Assembly: GCA_053919585.1 (NCBI GenBank)
Contig: CM132820.1
Source: Euprymna scolopes
Taxonomy: Eukaryota
Reading direction: 5' to 3' (one strand)
Length of the DNA stretch: 64,000 nucleotides
Position 1 is the first letter of the stretch, and each line of letters opens with the position of its first letter. Under the pieces are notes generated by a model. The model saw only the letters and a program-made list of their open reading frames with translations, ran no database searches and was not told the DNA's origin. The position numbers and the translations under genes are program-made. Positions 25,700-39,500 of this stretch are shown here, piece after piece.

Positions 25700-28600
25700 G
25701 ACTGCTGCAGCTTTCAGCTTTGTCTCACTACTGTAGCTTTCAGCTTTGTCTCACTACTGTAGCTTTCAGCTTTGGCTCACTACTGTAGCTTTCAGCTTTG
25801 TCTCACTACTGTAGCTTTCAGCTTTGTCTCACTACTGCAGCTTTAAGCTTTGGCTCACTACTGTAGCTTTCAGCTTTGTCCCACTACTGTAGCTTTCAGC
25901 TTTGTCTCACTACTGTAGCTTTCAGCTTTGTCTCACTACTGCAGCTTTCAGCTTTGGCTCACTACTGTAGCTTTCAGCTTTGTCTCACTACTGTAGCTTT
26001 CATCTTTGGCTCACTACTGTAGCTTTCAGCTTTGGCTCACTACTGTAGCTTTCAGCTTTGGCTCACTACTGTAGCTTTCAGCTTTGTCTCACTACTGTAG
26101 CTTTCAGCTTTGTCTCACTACTGCAGCTTTCAGCTTTGGCTCACTACTGTAGCTTTCAGCTTTGTCTCACTACTGTAGCTTTAAGCTTTGTCTCACTACT
26201 GCAGCTTTCAGCTTTGGCTCACTACTGTAGCTTTCAGCTTTGTCTCACTACTGTAGCGTTCATCTTTGGCTCACTACTGTAGCTTTCAGCTTTGGCTCAC
26301 TACTGTAGCTTTCAACTTTGTCTCACTACTGTAGCTTTCAGCTTTGTCTCACTACTGCAGCTTTCAGCTTTGTCTCACTACTGCAGCTTTCAGCTTTGTC
26401 TCACTACTGCAGCTTTCATCTTTGGCTACCTACTGCAGCTTTCAGCTTTGGCTTACTACTGCAGCTTTCAGCTTTGTCTCACTACTGTAGCTTTCAGCTT
26501 TGTCTCACTACTGCAGCTTTCAGCTTTGGCTCACTACTGCAGCTTTCAGCTTTGTGTCACTACTGCAGCTTTCAGCTTTGGCTCACTACTGTAGCTTTCA
26601 GCTTTGTCTCACTACTGTAGCTTTCAGCTTTGGCTCACTACTATAGCTTTCAGCTTTGTCTCACTACTGTAGCTTTAAGCTTTGTCACACTACTGCAGCT
26701 TTCAGCTTTGGCTCACTACTGTAGCTTCCAGCTTTGTCTCACTACTGTAGCTTTCAGCTTTGTCTCACTACTGCAGCTTTCAGCTTTGGCTCACTACTGC
26801 AGCTTTTAGCTTTGGCTCACTACTGTAGCTTTCAGCTTTGGCTCACTACTGTAGCTTTCAGCTTTGGCTCACTACTGTAGCTTTCAGCTTTGGCTCACTA
26901 CTGCAGCTTTCAGCTTTGGCTCACTACTGTAGCTTTCAGCTTTGTCTCACTACTGCAGCTTTCAGCTTTGGCTCACTACTGCAGCTTTCAGCTTTGGCTC
27001 ACTACTGCAGCTTTCAGCTTTGGCTCACTACTGCAGCTTTCAGCTTTGGCTCACTGCTGTAGCTTTCAGCTTTGGCTCACTACTGCAGCTGTCAGCTTTG
27101 TCTCACTACTGCAGCTTTCAGCTTTGGCTCACTACTGCAGCTTTCAGCTTTGGCTCACTACTGCAGCTTTCAGCTTTGTCTCACTACTGTAGCTTTCAGC
27201 TTTGGCTCACTACTGTAGCTTTCAGCTTTGGCTCACTACTGTAGCTTTCAGCTTTGTCTCACTACTGTAGCTTTCAGCTTTGGCTCACTACCGTAGCTTT
27301 CAGCTTTGGCTCACTACTGTAGCTTTCAACTTTGTCTCACTACTGTAGCTTTCATCTTTGGCTCACTACTGTAGCTATAAGCTTTGGCTCACTACTGTAG
27401 CTTTAAGCTTTGTCTCACTACGGTAGCTCTCAGCTTTGTCTCACTACTGCAGCTTTCAGCTTTGTCTCACTACTGTAGCTTTCAGCTTTGTCTCACTACT
27501 GCAGCTTTCAGCTTTGGCTCACTACTGTAGCTTTCAGCTTTGTCTCACTACTGTAGCTTTTAGCTTTGGCTCACTACTGTAGCTTTCAGCTTTGTCTCAC
27601 TACTGTAACTTTCAGCTATGTCTCACTACTGCAGCTTTCAGCTTTGGCTCACTACTGTAGCTTTCAGCTTTGTCTCACTACTGTAGCTTTCAGCTTTGTC
27701 TCACTACTGCAGCTTTCAGCTTTGGCTCACTACTGTAGCTTTCAGCTTTGTCTCACTACTGTAGCTTTCATCTTTGTCTAACTACTGTAGCTTTCAGCTT
27801 TGGCTCACTACTGTAGCTTTCAGCTTTGGTTCACTACTGTAGCTTTTAGCTTTGTCTCACTACTGTAGCTTCCAGCTTTGTCTCACTACTGCAGCTTTCA
27901 GCTTTGGCTCACTACTGTAGCTTTCAGCTTTGTCTCACTACTGTAGCTTTCAGCTTTGTCTCACTACTGCAGCTTTCATCTTTGGCTCACTACTGTAGCT
28001 TTCAGCTTTGTCTCACTACTGTAGCTTTCAGCTTTGGCTCACTACTGCAGCTTTCAGCTTTGTCTCACTACTGTAGCTTTCAGCTTTGTCTCACTACTGT
28101 AGCTTTCAGCTTTGGCTCACTACTGTAGCTTTCAGCTTTGTCTCACTACTGTAGCTTTCAGCTTTGTCTCACTACTGCAGCTTTAAGCTTTGGCTCACTA
28201 CTGTAGCTTTCAGCTTTGTCCCACTACTGTAGCTTTCAGCTTTGTCTCACTACTGTAGCTTTCAGCTTTGTCTCACTACTGCAGCTTTCAGCTTTGGCTC
28301 ACTACTGTAGCTTTCAGCTTTGTCTCACTACTGTAGCTTTCATCTTTGGCTCACTACTGTAGCTTTCAGCTTTGGCTCACTACTGTAGCTTTCAGCTTTG
28401 GCTCACTACTGTAGCTTTCAGCTTTGTCTCACTACTGTAGCTTTCAGCTTTGTCTCACTACTGCAGCTTTCAGCTTTGGCTCACTACTGTAGCTTTCAGC
28501 TTTGTCTCACTACTGTAGCTTTCAGCTTTGTCTCACTACTGCAGCTTTCAGCTTTGGCTCACTACTGTAGCTTTCAGCTTTGTCTCACTACTGTAGCGTT

Positions 28601-30380
28601 CATCTTTGGCTCACTACTGTAGCTTTCAGCTTTGGCTCACTACTGTAGCTTTCAACTTTGTCTCACTACTGTAGCTTTCAGCTTTGTCTCACTACTGCAG
28701 CTTTCAGCTTTGTCTCACTACTGCAGCTTTCAGCTTTGTCTCACTACTGCAGCTTTCATCTTTGGCTACCTACTGCAGCTTTCAGCTTTGGCTCACTACT
28801 GCAGCTTTCAGCTTTGTCTCACTACTGTAGCTTTCAGCTTTGTCTCACTACTGCAGCTTTCAGCTTTGGCTCACTACTGCAGCTTTCAGCTTTGTGTCAC
28901 TACTGCAGCTTTCAGCTTTGGCTCACTACTGTAGCTTTCAGCTTTGTCTCACTACTGTAGCTTTCAGCTTTGGCTCACTACTATAGCTTTATGCTTTGTC
29001 TCACTACTGTAGCTTTAAGCTTTGTCACACTACTGCAGCTTTCAGCTTTGGCTCACTACTGTAGCTTCAAGCTTTGTCTCACTACTGTAGCTTTCAGCTT
29101 TGTCTCACTACTGCAGCTTTCAGCTTTGGCTCACTACTGCAGCTTTTAGCTTTGGCTCACTACTGTAGCTTTCAGCTTTGGCTCACTACTGTAGCTTTCA
29201 GCTTTGGCTCACTACTGTAGCTTTCAGCTTTGGCTCACTACTGCAGCTTTCAGCTTTGGCTCACTACTGTAGCTTTCAGCTTTGTCTCACTACTGCAGCT
29301 TTCAGCTTTGGCTCACTACTGCAGCTTTCAGCTTTGGCTCACTACTGCAGCTTTCAGCTTTGGCTCACTACTGCAGCTTTCAGCTTTGGCTCACTGCTGT
29401 AGCTTTCAGCTTTGGCTCACTACTGCAGCTGTCAGCTTTGTCTCACTACTGCAGCTTTCAGCTTTGGCTCACTACTGCAGCTTTCAGCTTTGGCTCACTA
29501 CTGCAGCTTTCAGCTTTGTCTCACTACTGTAGCTTTCAGCTTTGGCTCACTACTGTAGCTTTCAGCTTTGGCTCACTACTGTAGCTTTCAGCTTTGTCTC
29601 ACTACTGTAGCTTTCAACTTTGGCTCACTACCGTAGCTTTCAGCTTTGGCTCACTACTGTAGCTTTCAACTTTGTCTCACTACTGTAGCTTTCATCTTTG
29701 GCTCACTACTGTATCTATAAGCTTTGGCTCACTACTGTAGCTTTCAGCTTTGTCTCACTACGGTAGCTCTCAGCTTTGTCTCACTACTGCAGCTTTCAGC
29801 TTTGTCTCACTACTGTAGCTTTCAGCTTTGTCTCACTACTGCAGCTTTCAGCTTTGGCTCACTACTGTAGCTTTCAGCTTTGTCTCACTACTGTAGCTTT
29901 TAGCTTTGGCTCACTACTGTAGCTTTCAGCTTTGTCTCACTACTGTAACTTTCAGCTATGTCTCACTACTGCAGCTTTCAGCTTTGGCTCACTACTGTAG
30001 CTTTCAGCTTTGTCTCACTACTGTAGCTTTCAGCTTTGTCTCACTACTGCAGCTTTCAGCTTTGGCTCACTACTGTAGCTTTCAGCTTTGTCTCACTACT
30101 GTAGCTTTCATCTTTGGCTCACTACTGTAGCTTTCAGCTTTGGCTCACTACTGTAGCTTTCAGCTTTGGTTCACTACTGTAGCTTTTAGCTTTGTCTCAC
30201 TACTGCAGCTTCCAGCTTTGTCTCACTACTGCAGCTTTCAGCTTTGGCTCACTACTGTAGCTTTCAGCTTTGTCTCACTACTGTAGCTTTCAGCTTTGTC
30301 TCACTACTGCAGCTTTCAGCTTTGGCTCACTACTGTAGCTTTCAGCTTTGTCTCACTACTGTAGCTTTCAGCTTTGGCTC
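25700..30380 (+). repeat. Tandem higher-order duplication, period 2340 bp (90 monomers)
   Basis: Markers gtcccac ~25880/28220, tcactgctgt 27051/29391 and ctataag ~27376/29716. ORF pairs 26292/28632 and 27566/29906. Confidence 0.9.
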
Positions 30381-33300
30381 ACTACTGTAGCTTTCAGCTT
30401 TGGCTCACTACTGTAGCTTTCAGCTCTGTCTCACTACTGTAGCTTTCAGCTTTGTCTCACTACTGCAGCTTTCAGCTTTGGCTCACTACTGCAGCTTTCA
30501 GCTTTGTCTCACTACTGCAGCTTTCATCTTTGGCTACCTACTGCAGCTTTCAGCTTTGGCTCACTACTGCAGCTTTCAGCTTTGTCTCACTACTGTAGCT
30601 TTAAGCTTTGTCTCACTACTGCAGCTTTCAGCTTTTGCTCACTACTGTAGCTTTCAGCTTTGTCTCACTACTGCATCTTTCAGCTTTGGCTCACTACTGC
30701 AGCTTTCAGCTTTGTCTCACTACTGTAGCTTTCAGCTTTGTCTCACTACTGTAGCTTTCATCTTTGGCTCACTACTGTAGCTTTCAGCTTTGTCTCACTA
30801 CTGTAGCTTTCAGCTTTGTCTCACTACTGCAGCTTTCAGCTTTGTCTCACTACTGTAGCTTTCAGCTTTGTCTCACTACTGTAGCTTTCAGCTTTGGCTC
30901 ACTACTGTAGCTTTCAGCTTTGTCTCACTACTGTAGCTTTCAGCTTTGTCTCACTACTGCAGCTTTCAGCTTTGGCTCACTACTGTAGCTTTATGCTTTG
31001 TCTCACTACTGTAGCTTTCAGCTTTGTCTCACTACTGCAGCTTTCAGCTTTGGCTCACTACTGTAGCTTTCAGCTTTTTCTCACTACTGTAGCGTTCATC
31101 TTTGGCTCACTACTGTAGCTTTCAGCTTTGGCTCACTACCGTAGCTTTCAACTTTGTCTCACTACTGTGGCTTTCAACTTTGTCTCACTACTGCAGCTTT
31201 CAGCTTTGGCTCACTACTGCAGCTTTCAGCTTTGTCTCACTACTGCAGCTTTCATCTTTGGCTACCTACTGCAGCTTTCAGCTTTGGCTCACTACTGCAG
31301 CTTTCAGCTTTGTCTCACTACTGTAGCTTTCAGCTTTGTCTCACTACTGCAGCTTTCAGCTTTGGCTCACTACTGCAGCTTTCAGCTTTGTGTCACTACT
31401 GCAGCTTTCAGCTTTGGCTCACTACTGTAGCTTTCAGCTTTGTCTCACTACTGTAGCTTTCATCTTTGGCTCACTACTGTAGCTTTCAGCTTTGGCTCAC
31501 GACTGTAAGTTTCAGCTTTGTCTCACTACTGTAGCGTTTAGCTTTGTCTCACTACTGCAGCTTTCAGCTTTGGCTCACTACTGTAGCTTTCAGCTTTGTC
31601 TCACTACTGTAGCTTTCAGCTTTGGCTCACTACTGTAGCTTTCAGCTTTGTCTCACTACTGTTGCTTTCAGCTTTGTCTCACTACTGCAGCTTTCAGCTT
31701 TGGCTCACTACTGTAGCTTTCAGCTTTGTCTCACTACTGTAGCTTTCAGGTTTGTCTCACTACTGCAGCTTTCAGCTTTGGCTCACTACTGCAGCTTTTA
31801 GCTTTGTCTTACTACTGTAGCTTTCATCTTTGGCTCCCTACTGTAGCTTTCAGCTTTGGCTCACTACCGTAGCTTTCAGCTTTTTCTCACTACTGTAGCT
31901 TTCAGCTTTGGCTCACTACTGCAGCTTTCAGCTTTGGTTCACTACTGCAGCTTTCAGCTTTGGCTCACTACTGCAGCTTTCAGCTTTGGCTCACTACTGC
32001 AGCTTTCAGCTTTGGCTCACTACTGCAGCTTTCAGCTTTGTCTCACTACTGTAGCTTTCAGCTTTGGCTCACTACTGTAGCTTTCAGCTTTGGCTCACTA
32101 CTGTAGCTTTCAGCTTTGTCTCACTACTGCAGCTTTCAGCTTTGGCTCACTACTGTAGCTTTCAGCTTTGGCTCACTACTGTAGCTTTCAGCTTTGTCTC
32201 ACTACTCTAGCTTTCATCTTTGGCTCACTACTGTAGCTTTCAGCTTTGGCTCACTACTGTAGCTTTCAGCTTTGTCTCACTACTGTAGCTTTCAGCTTTG
32301 TCTCACTACTGAAGCTTTCAGCTTTGTCTCACTACTGCAGCTTTCAGCTTTGGCTCACTACTGTAGCTTTCAGCTTTGTCTCACTACTGTAGCTTTCATC
32401 TTTGGCTCACTACTGTAGCTTTCAGCTTTGGCTCACGACTGTAACTTTCAGCTTTGTCTCACTACTGTAGCTTTCAGCTTTGTCTCACTACTGCAGCTTT
32501 CAGCTTTGGCTCACTACTGTAGCTTTCAGCTTTGTCTCACTACTGTAGCTTTCAGCTTTGGCTCACTACTGTAGCTTTCAGCTTTGTCTCACTACTGTAG
32601 CTTTCAGCTTTGTCTCACTACTGCAGCTTTCAGCTTTGGCTCACTACTGTAGCTTTCAGCTTTGTCTCACTACTGTAGCTTTCAGCTTTGTCTCACTACT
32701 GCAGCTTTCAGCTTTGGCTCACTACTGTAGCTTTCAGCTTTGTCTCACCACTGTAGATTTCATCTTTGGCTCCCTACTGTAGCTTTCAGCTTTGGCTAAC
32801 TACCGTAGCTTTCAGGTTTGTCTCACTACTGTAGCTTTCAGCTTTGTCTCACTACTGTAGCTTTCAGCTTTGTCTCACTACTGCAGCTTTCAGCTTTGGC
32901 TCACTACTGTAGCTTTCAGCTTTGTCTCACTACTGTAGCTTTCAGCTTTGTCTCACTACTGCAGCTTTCAGCTTCGGCTCACTACTGTAGCTTTCAGCTT
33001 TGTCTCACTACTGTAGCGTTCAGTTTTGGCTCACTACTGTAGCTTTCAGCTTTGGCTCACTACTGTTGCTTTCAGCTTTGTCTCACTACTGTAGATTTCA
33101 GCTTTGTCTCACTACTGCATCTTTCAGCTTTGGCTCACTACTGCAGCTTTGAGCTTTGTCTCACTACTGCAGCTTTCATCTTTGGCTACCTACTGCAGCT
33201 TTCAGCTTTGGCTCACTACTGCAGCTTTCAGCTTTGTCTCACTACTGTAGCTTTCAGCTTTTTCTCACTACTGCAGCTTTCAGCTTTGGCTCACTACTGC

Positions 33301-34049
33301 AGCTTTCAGCTTTGTCTCACTACTGCAGCTTTCAGCTTTGGCTCACTACTGCAGCTTTCAGCTTTGTCTCACTACTGCAGCTTTCAGCTTTGTCTCACTA
33401 CTGTAGCTTTACTCTTTGGCTCACTACTGTAGCTTTAAGCTTTGTCTCACTACTGTAACTTTCAGCTTTGTCTCACTACTGTAGCTTTACGCGTTGTCTC
33501 ACTACTGCAGCTTTCAGCTTTGGCTCACTACTGTAGCTTTCAGCTTTGTCTCACTACTGAAGCTTTCAGCTTTGGCTCACTACTGTAGCTTTCAGCTTTG
33601 GCTCACTACTGTAGCTTTCAGCTTTGTGTCACTACTGTAGCTTTCAGCTTTGTCTCACTACTGCAGCTTTTAGCTTTGGCTCACTATTGTAGCTTTCAGC
33701 TTTGTCTCACTACTGTAGCTTTCAGCTTTAACTCATTACTGCAGCTTTCAGCTTTGGCTCACTACTGTAGCTTTCAGCTTTGTCTCACTACTGTAGCGTT
33801 CATCTTTGGCTCACTACTGTAGCTTTCAGTTTTGTCTCACTACTGTAGCTTTAAGCTTTGTCTCACTACTGCAGCTTTCAGCTTTGTCTCACTACTGCAG
33901 CTTTCAGCTTTGGCTCACTACTGCAGCTTTCAGCTTTGTCTCACTACTGCAGCTTTCATCTTTGGCTACCTACTGCAGCTTTCAGCTTTGGCTCACTACT
34001 GCAGCTTTCAGCTTTGTCTCACTACTGTAGCTTTCAGCTTTGTCTCACT

Positions 34050-36200
34050 ACTGCAGCTTTCAGCTTTGGCTCACTACTGCAACTTTCAGCTTTGTCTCAC
34101 TACTGCAGCTTTCAGCTTTGGCATACTACTGTAGCTTTCAGCTTTGGCTCACTACTGTAGTATTCAGCTTTATCTCACTAATGTAGCTTTATTTGGCTCA
34201 CTACTGTAGCTTTCAGCTTTGGCTCACTACTGTAGCTTTCAGCTTTGTCTCACTACTGTAGCTTTCAGCTTTGTCTCACTACTGTAGCTTTCAGCTTTGT
34301 CTCACTACTGCAGCTTTCATCTTTGGCTCACTACTGCAGCTTTCAGCTTTGGCTCACTACTGTAGCTTTCAGCTTTGTCTCACTACTGTAGCTTTCATCT
34401 TTTGCTCACTACTGTAGCTTTCAGCATTGGCTCACTACTGTAACTTTCAGCTTTGTCTCACTACTGTAGCTTTCAGCTTTGTCTCACTACTGCAGCTTTC
34501 AGCTTTGGCTCACTACTGTAGCTTTCAGCTTTGTCTCACTACTGTAGCTTTCAGCTTTGGCTCACTACTGTAGCTTTCAGCTTTGTCTCACTACTGTAGC
34601 TTTCAGCTTTGTCTCACTACTGATGCTTTCAGCTTTGGCTCACTACTGTAGCTTTCAGCTTTGTCTCACTACTGTAGCTTTCAGCTTTGTCTCACTACTG
34701 CAGCTTTCAGCTTTGGCTCACTACTGTAGCTTTCAGCTTTGTCTCACTACTGTAGCTTTCATCTTTGGCTCACTACTGTAGCTTTCAGCTTTGGCTCACT
34801 ACTGTAGCTTTCAGCTTTGGCTCACTACTGTAGCTTTCAGCTTTGTCTCACTACTGCAGCTTTCAGCTTTGGCTCACTACTGTAGCTTTCAGCTTTGTCT
34901 CACTACTGTAGCTTTCAGCTTTGTCTCACTACTGCAGCTTTCAGCTTTGGCTCACTACTGTAGCTTTCAGCTTTGTCTCACTACTGTAGCGTTCATCTTT
35001 GGCTCACTACTGTAGCTTTCAGCTTTGGCTCACTACTGTAGCTTTCAGCTTTGTCTCACTACTGTAGCTTTCAGCTTTGACTCACTATTGCAGCTTTCAG
35101 CTTTGGCTCACTACTGCAGCTTTCAGCTTTGTCTCACTACTGCAGCTTTCAGCTTTGGCTCACTACTGCAACTTTCAGCTTTGTCTCACTACTGCAGCTT
35201 TCAGCTTTGGCATACTACTGTAGCTTTCAGCTTTGGCTCACTACTGTAGTATTCAGCTTTATCTCACTAATGTAGCTTTATTTGGCTCACTACTGTAGCT
35301 TTCAGCTTTGGCTCACTACTGTAGCTTTCAGCTTTGTCTCACTACTGTAGCTTTCAGCTTTGTCTCACTACTGTAGCTTTCAGCTTTGTCTCACTACTGC
35401 AGCTTTCATCTTTGGCTCACTACTGCAGCTTTCAGCTTTGGCTCACTACTGTAGCTTTCAGCTTTGTCTCACTACTGTAGCTTTCATCTTTTGCTCACTA
35501 CTGTAGCTTTCAGCATTGGCTCACTACTGTAACTTTCAGCTTTGTCTCACTACTGTAGCTTTCAGCTTTGTCTCACTACTGCAGCTTTCAGCTTTAGCTC
35601 ACTACTGTAGCTTTCAGCTTTGTCTCACTACTGTAGCTTTCAGCTTTGGCTCACTACTGTAGCTTTCAGCTTTGTCTCACTACTGTAGCTTTCAGCTTTG
35701 TCTCACTACTGCAGCTTTCAGCTTTGGCTCACTACTGTAGCTTTCAGCTTTGTCTCACTACTGTAGCTTTCAGCTTTGTCTCACTACTGTAGCTTTCAGC
35801 TTTGTCTCACTACTGCAGCTTTCAGCTTTGGCTCACTACTGTAGCTTTCAGCTTTGTCTCACTACTGTAGCTTTCATCTTTGGCTCACTACTGTAGCTTT
35901 CAGCTTTGGCTCACTACTGTAGCTTTCAGCTTTGTCTCACTACTGTAGCTTTCAGCTTTGTCTCACTACTGCAGCTTTCAGCTTTGGCTCACTACTGTAG
36001 CTTTCAGCTTTGTCTCACTACTGTAGCGTTCATCTTTGGCTCACTACTGTAGCTTTCAGCTTTGGCTCACTACTGTAGCTTTCAGCTTTGTCTCACTACT
36101 GTAGCTTTCAGCTTTGACTCACTATTGCAGCTTTCAGCTTTGGCTCACTACTGCAGCTTTCAGCTTTGTCTCACTACTGCAGCTTTCATCTTTGGCTACC
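34050..36200 (+). repeat. Higher-order duplication, period ~1089 bp (42 monomers minus 3 bp)
   Basis: The rare haplotype tattcagctttatctcactaatgtagctttatttgg, with its 3-bp deletion, occurs at 34161 and 35250. Boundaries are approximate. Confidence 0.8.
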
Positions 36201-36534
36201 TATTGCAGCTTTCAGCTTTGGCTCACTACTGTAGCTTTCATCTTTGTCTCACTACTGTAGCTTTCAGCTTTGTCTCACTACTGCAGCTGTCAGCTTTGGC
36301 TCACTACTGCAGCTTTCAGCTTTGTCCTACTACTGCAGCTCTCAGCTTTGGCTCACTACTGCAGCTTTCAGCTTTGTCTCACTACTGTAGCTTTCAGCTT
36401 TGTCTCACTACTGTAGCTTTCATCTTTGGCTCACTACTGTAGCTTTCAGCTTTGGCTCACTACTGTAACTTTCAGCTTTGTCTCACTACTGTAGCTTTCA
36501 GCTTTGTCTCACCACTGCAGCTTTCAGCTTTGGC

Positions 36535-39500
36535 TCACTACTGTAGCTTTCAGCTTTGGCTCACTACTGTAGCTTTCAGCTTTGTCTCACTACTGTAGCT
36601 TTAAGCTTTGTCTCACTACTGCAGCTTTCAGCTTTGTCTCACTACTGCAGCTTTCAGCTTTGTCTCACTACTGTAGCTTTCAGCTTTGTCTCACTACTGT
36701 AGCTTTCAGCTTTGTATCACTACTGCAGCTTTCAGCTTTTGCTCACTACTGTAGCTTTCAGCTTTGGCTCACTACTGTAGCTTTCATCTTTGGCTCACTA
36801 CTGTAGCTTTCAGCTTCGGCTCACTACTGTAGCTTTTATCTTTGGCTCACTCCTGTAGCTTTCAGATTTGTCTCACTACTGTAGCTTTCAGCTTTGTCTC
36901 ACTACTGCAGCTTTCAGCTTTGGCTCACTACTGTAGCTTTCAGCTTTGTCTCACTACTGTAGCTTTCAGCTTTGTCTCACTAATTCAGCTTTCAGCTTTG
37001 GCTCACTACTGTAGCTTTCAGCTTTGTCTCACTACTGTAGCGTTCATCTTTGGCTCACTACTGTAGCTTTCAGCTTTGGCTCACTACTGTAGCTTTCAGC
37101 TTTGTCTATCTACTGTAGCTTTCAGCTTTGTCTCACTACTGCAGCTTTCAGCTTTGGCTCACTACTGTAGCTTTCAGCTTTGTCTCACTACTGTAGCTTT
37201 CAGCTTTGTCTCACTACTGCAGCTTTCAGCTTTGTCTCACTACTGTAGCTGTCAGATTTGTCTCACTACTGTAGCTTTCATATTTGGCTCACTACTGCAG
37301 CTTTCAGCTTTGGCTCACTACTGTAGCTTTCAGCTTTGTCTCACTACTGTAGCTTTCAGCTTTGTCTCACTACTGTAGCTTTCAGCTTTGTCTCACTACT
37401 GCAGCTTTCAGCTTAGGCTCACTACTGCAGCTTTCAGCTTTGTCTAAGTACTGCAGCTTTCAGCTTTGTCTCACTACTGCAGCTTTCAGCTTTGTCTCAC
37501 TACTGTAGCTTTCAGCTTTGTCTCACTACTGTAGCTTTCATCTTTGGCTCACTACTGTAGCTTTCAGCTTTGGCTCACTACTGTAGCTTTCAGCTTTGTC
37601 TCACTACTGTAGCTTTCAGCTTTGTCTCACTACTGCAGCTTTCAGCTTTGTCTCAATACTGTAGCTTTCAGCTTTGTCTCACTACTGTAGCTTTCAGCTT
37701 TGTCTCACTACTGCAGCTTTCAGCTTTGTCTCACTACTGTAGCTTTCAGATTTGTCTCACTACTGTAGCTTTCATCTTTGTCTCACTACTGCAGCTTTCA
37801 GCTTTGGCTCACTACTGTAGCTTTCAGCTTTGTCTCACTACTGTAGCTTTCAGCTTTGTCTCACTACTGTTGCTTTCAGCTTTGTCTCACTACTGCAGCT
37901 TTCAGCTTTGTCTCACTACTGTAGCTTTCAGCTTTGTCTCACTAATGTAGCTTTCATCTTTGGCTCACTACTGTAGCTTTCAGCTTTGGCTCACTACTGT
38001 AGCTTTCAGCTTTGTCTCACTACTGTAGCTTTCAGCTTTGTCTCACTACTGTAGTTTTCAGCTTTGTCTCACTACTGCAGCTTTCAGCTTTGTCTCACTA
38101 CTGCAGCTTTCAGCTTTGTCTCACTACTGCAGCTTTCAGCTTTGTCTCACTACTATAGCTTTCAGCTTTGGCTCACTACTGCAGCTTTAAGCTTTGGCTC
38201 ACTACTGCAGCTTTCAGCTTTGGCTCACTACTGCAGCTTTCAGCTTTGTCTCACTACTGTAGCTTTCAGCTTTGTCTCACTACTACAGCTTTCAGTTTTG
38301 GCTCACTACTGCAGCTTTAAGCTTTGGCTCACTTCTGCAGCTTTCAGCTTTGGCTCACTACTGCAGCTTTCAGCTTTGTCTACCTACGCTATCTTTCAGC
38401 TTTGTCTCACTACTGTAGCTTTCATCTGTGGCTTACTACTGTAGCTTTAAGCTTTGGCTCACTACTGTAGCTTTCAGCTTTGTCTCACTACTGTAGCTTT
38501 CAGCTTTGTCTCACTACTGTAGCTTTCAGCTTTGGCTCACTACTGCAACTTTCAGCTTTGTCTCACTACTTTAGCTTTCAGCTTTGTCTCACTAATGTAG
38601 CTTTCAGCTTTGTGTCACTACTGTAGTTTTCAGCTTTGTCTAACTACTGCAGCTTTCAGCTTTGTCTCACTACTGCAGCTTTCAGCTTTGTCTCACTACT
38701 GCAGCTTTCAGCTTTGTCTCACTACTTAGCTTTCAGCTTTGGCTCACTACTGCAGCTTTCAGCTTTGGCTCACTACTGCAGCTTTCAGCTTTGTCTCACT
38801 ACTGCAGCTTTCAGCTTTGTCTCACTACTGCAGCTTTCAGCTTTGTCTCACTACTGCAGCTTTCAGCTTTGTCTCACTACTGCAGCTTTCAGCTTTGTCT
38901 ACCTACTGTAGCTTTCAGCTTTGGCACACTACTGTAGCTTTCAGCTTTGTCTCACTACTGCAGCTTTCAGCTTCGGCTCACTACTGCAGCTTTAAGCTTT
39001 GTCTCACTACTGTAGCTTTCAGCTTTGTCTCACTACTGCAGCTTTAAGCTTTTGCTCACTACTGCAGCTTTCAGCTTTGTCTCACTACTGCAGCTTTCAG
39101 CTTTGGCTTACTACTGCAGCTTTCAGCTTTGTCTCACTACTGTAGCTTTCAGCTTTGTCTCACTACTGTAGCTTTCAGCTTTGGCTCACTACTGTAGCTT
39201 TCAGCTTTGTCTCACTACTGTAGCTTTCAGCTTTGGCTCACTACTGCAGCTTTCAGCTTTGTCTCACTACTGTAGCTTTCAGCTTTGTCTAACTACTGTA
39301 GCTTTCAGCTTTGTCTCATTACTGCAGCTTTCAGCTTTGTCTCACTACTGCTGCGTTCAGCTTTTTCTCACTACTGCAGCTTTCAGCTTTGTCTCACTAC
39401 TGTAGCTTTCAGCTTTGGCTCACTACTGCAGCTTTCAGCTTTGTCTCACTACTGCAGCTTTCAGCTTTGTCTCACTACTGCAGCTTTCAGCTTTGTCTCA

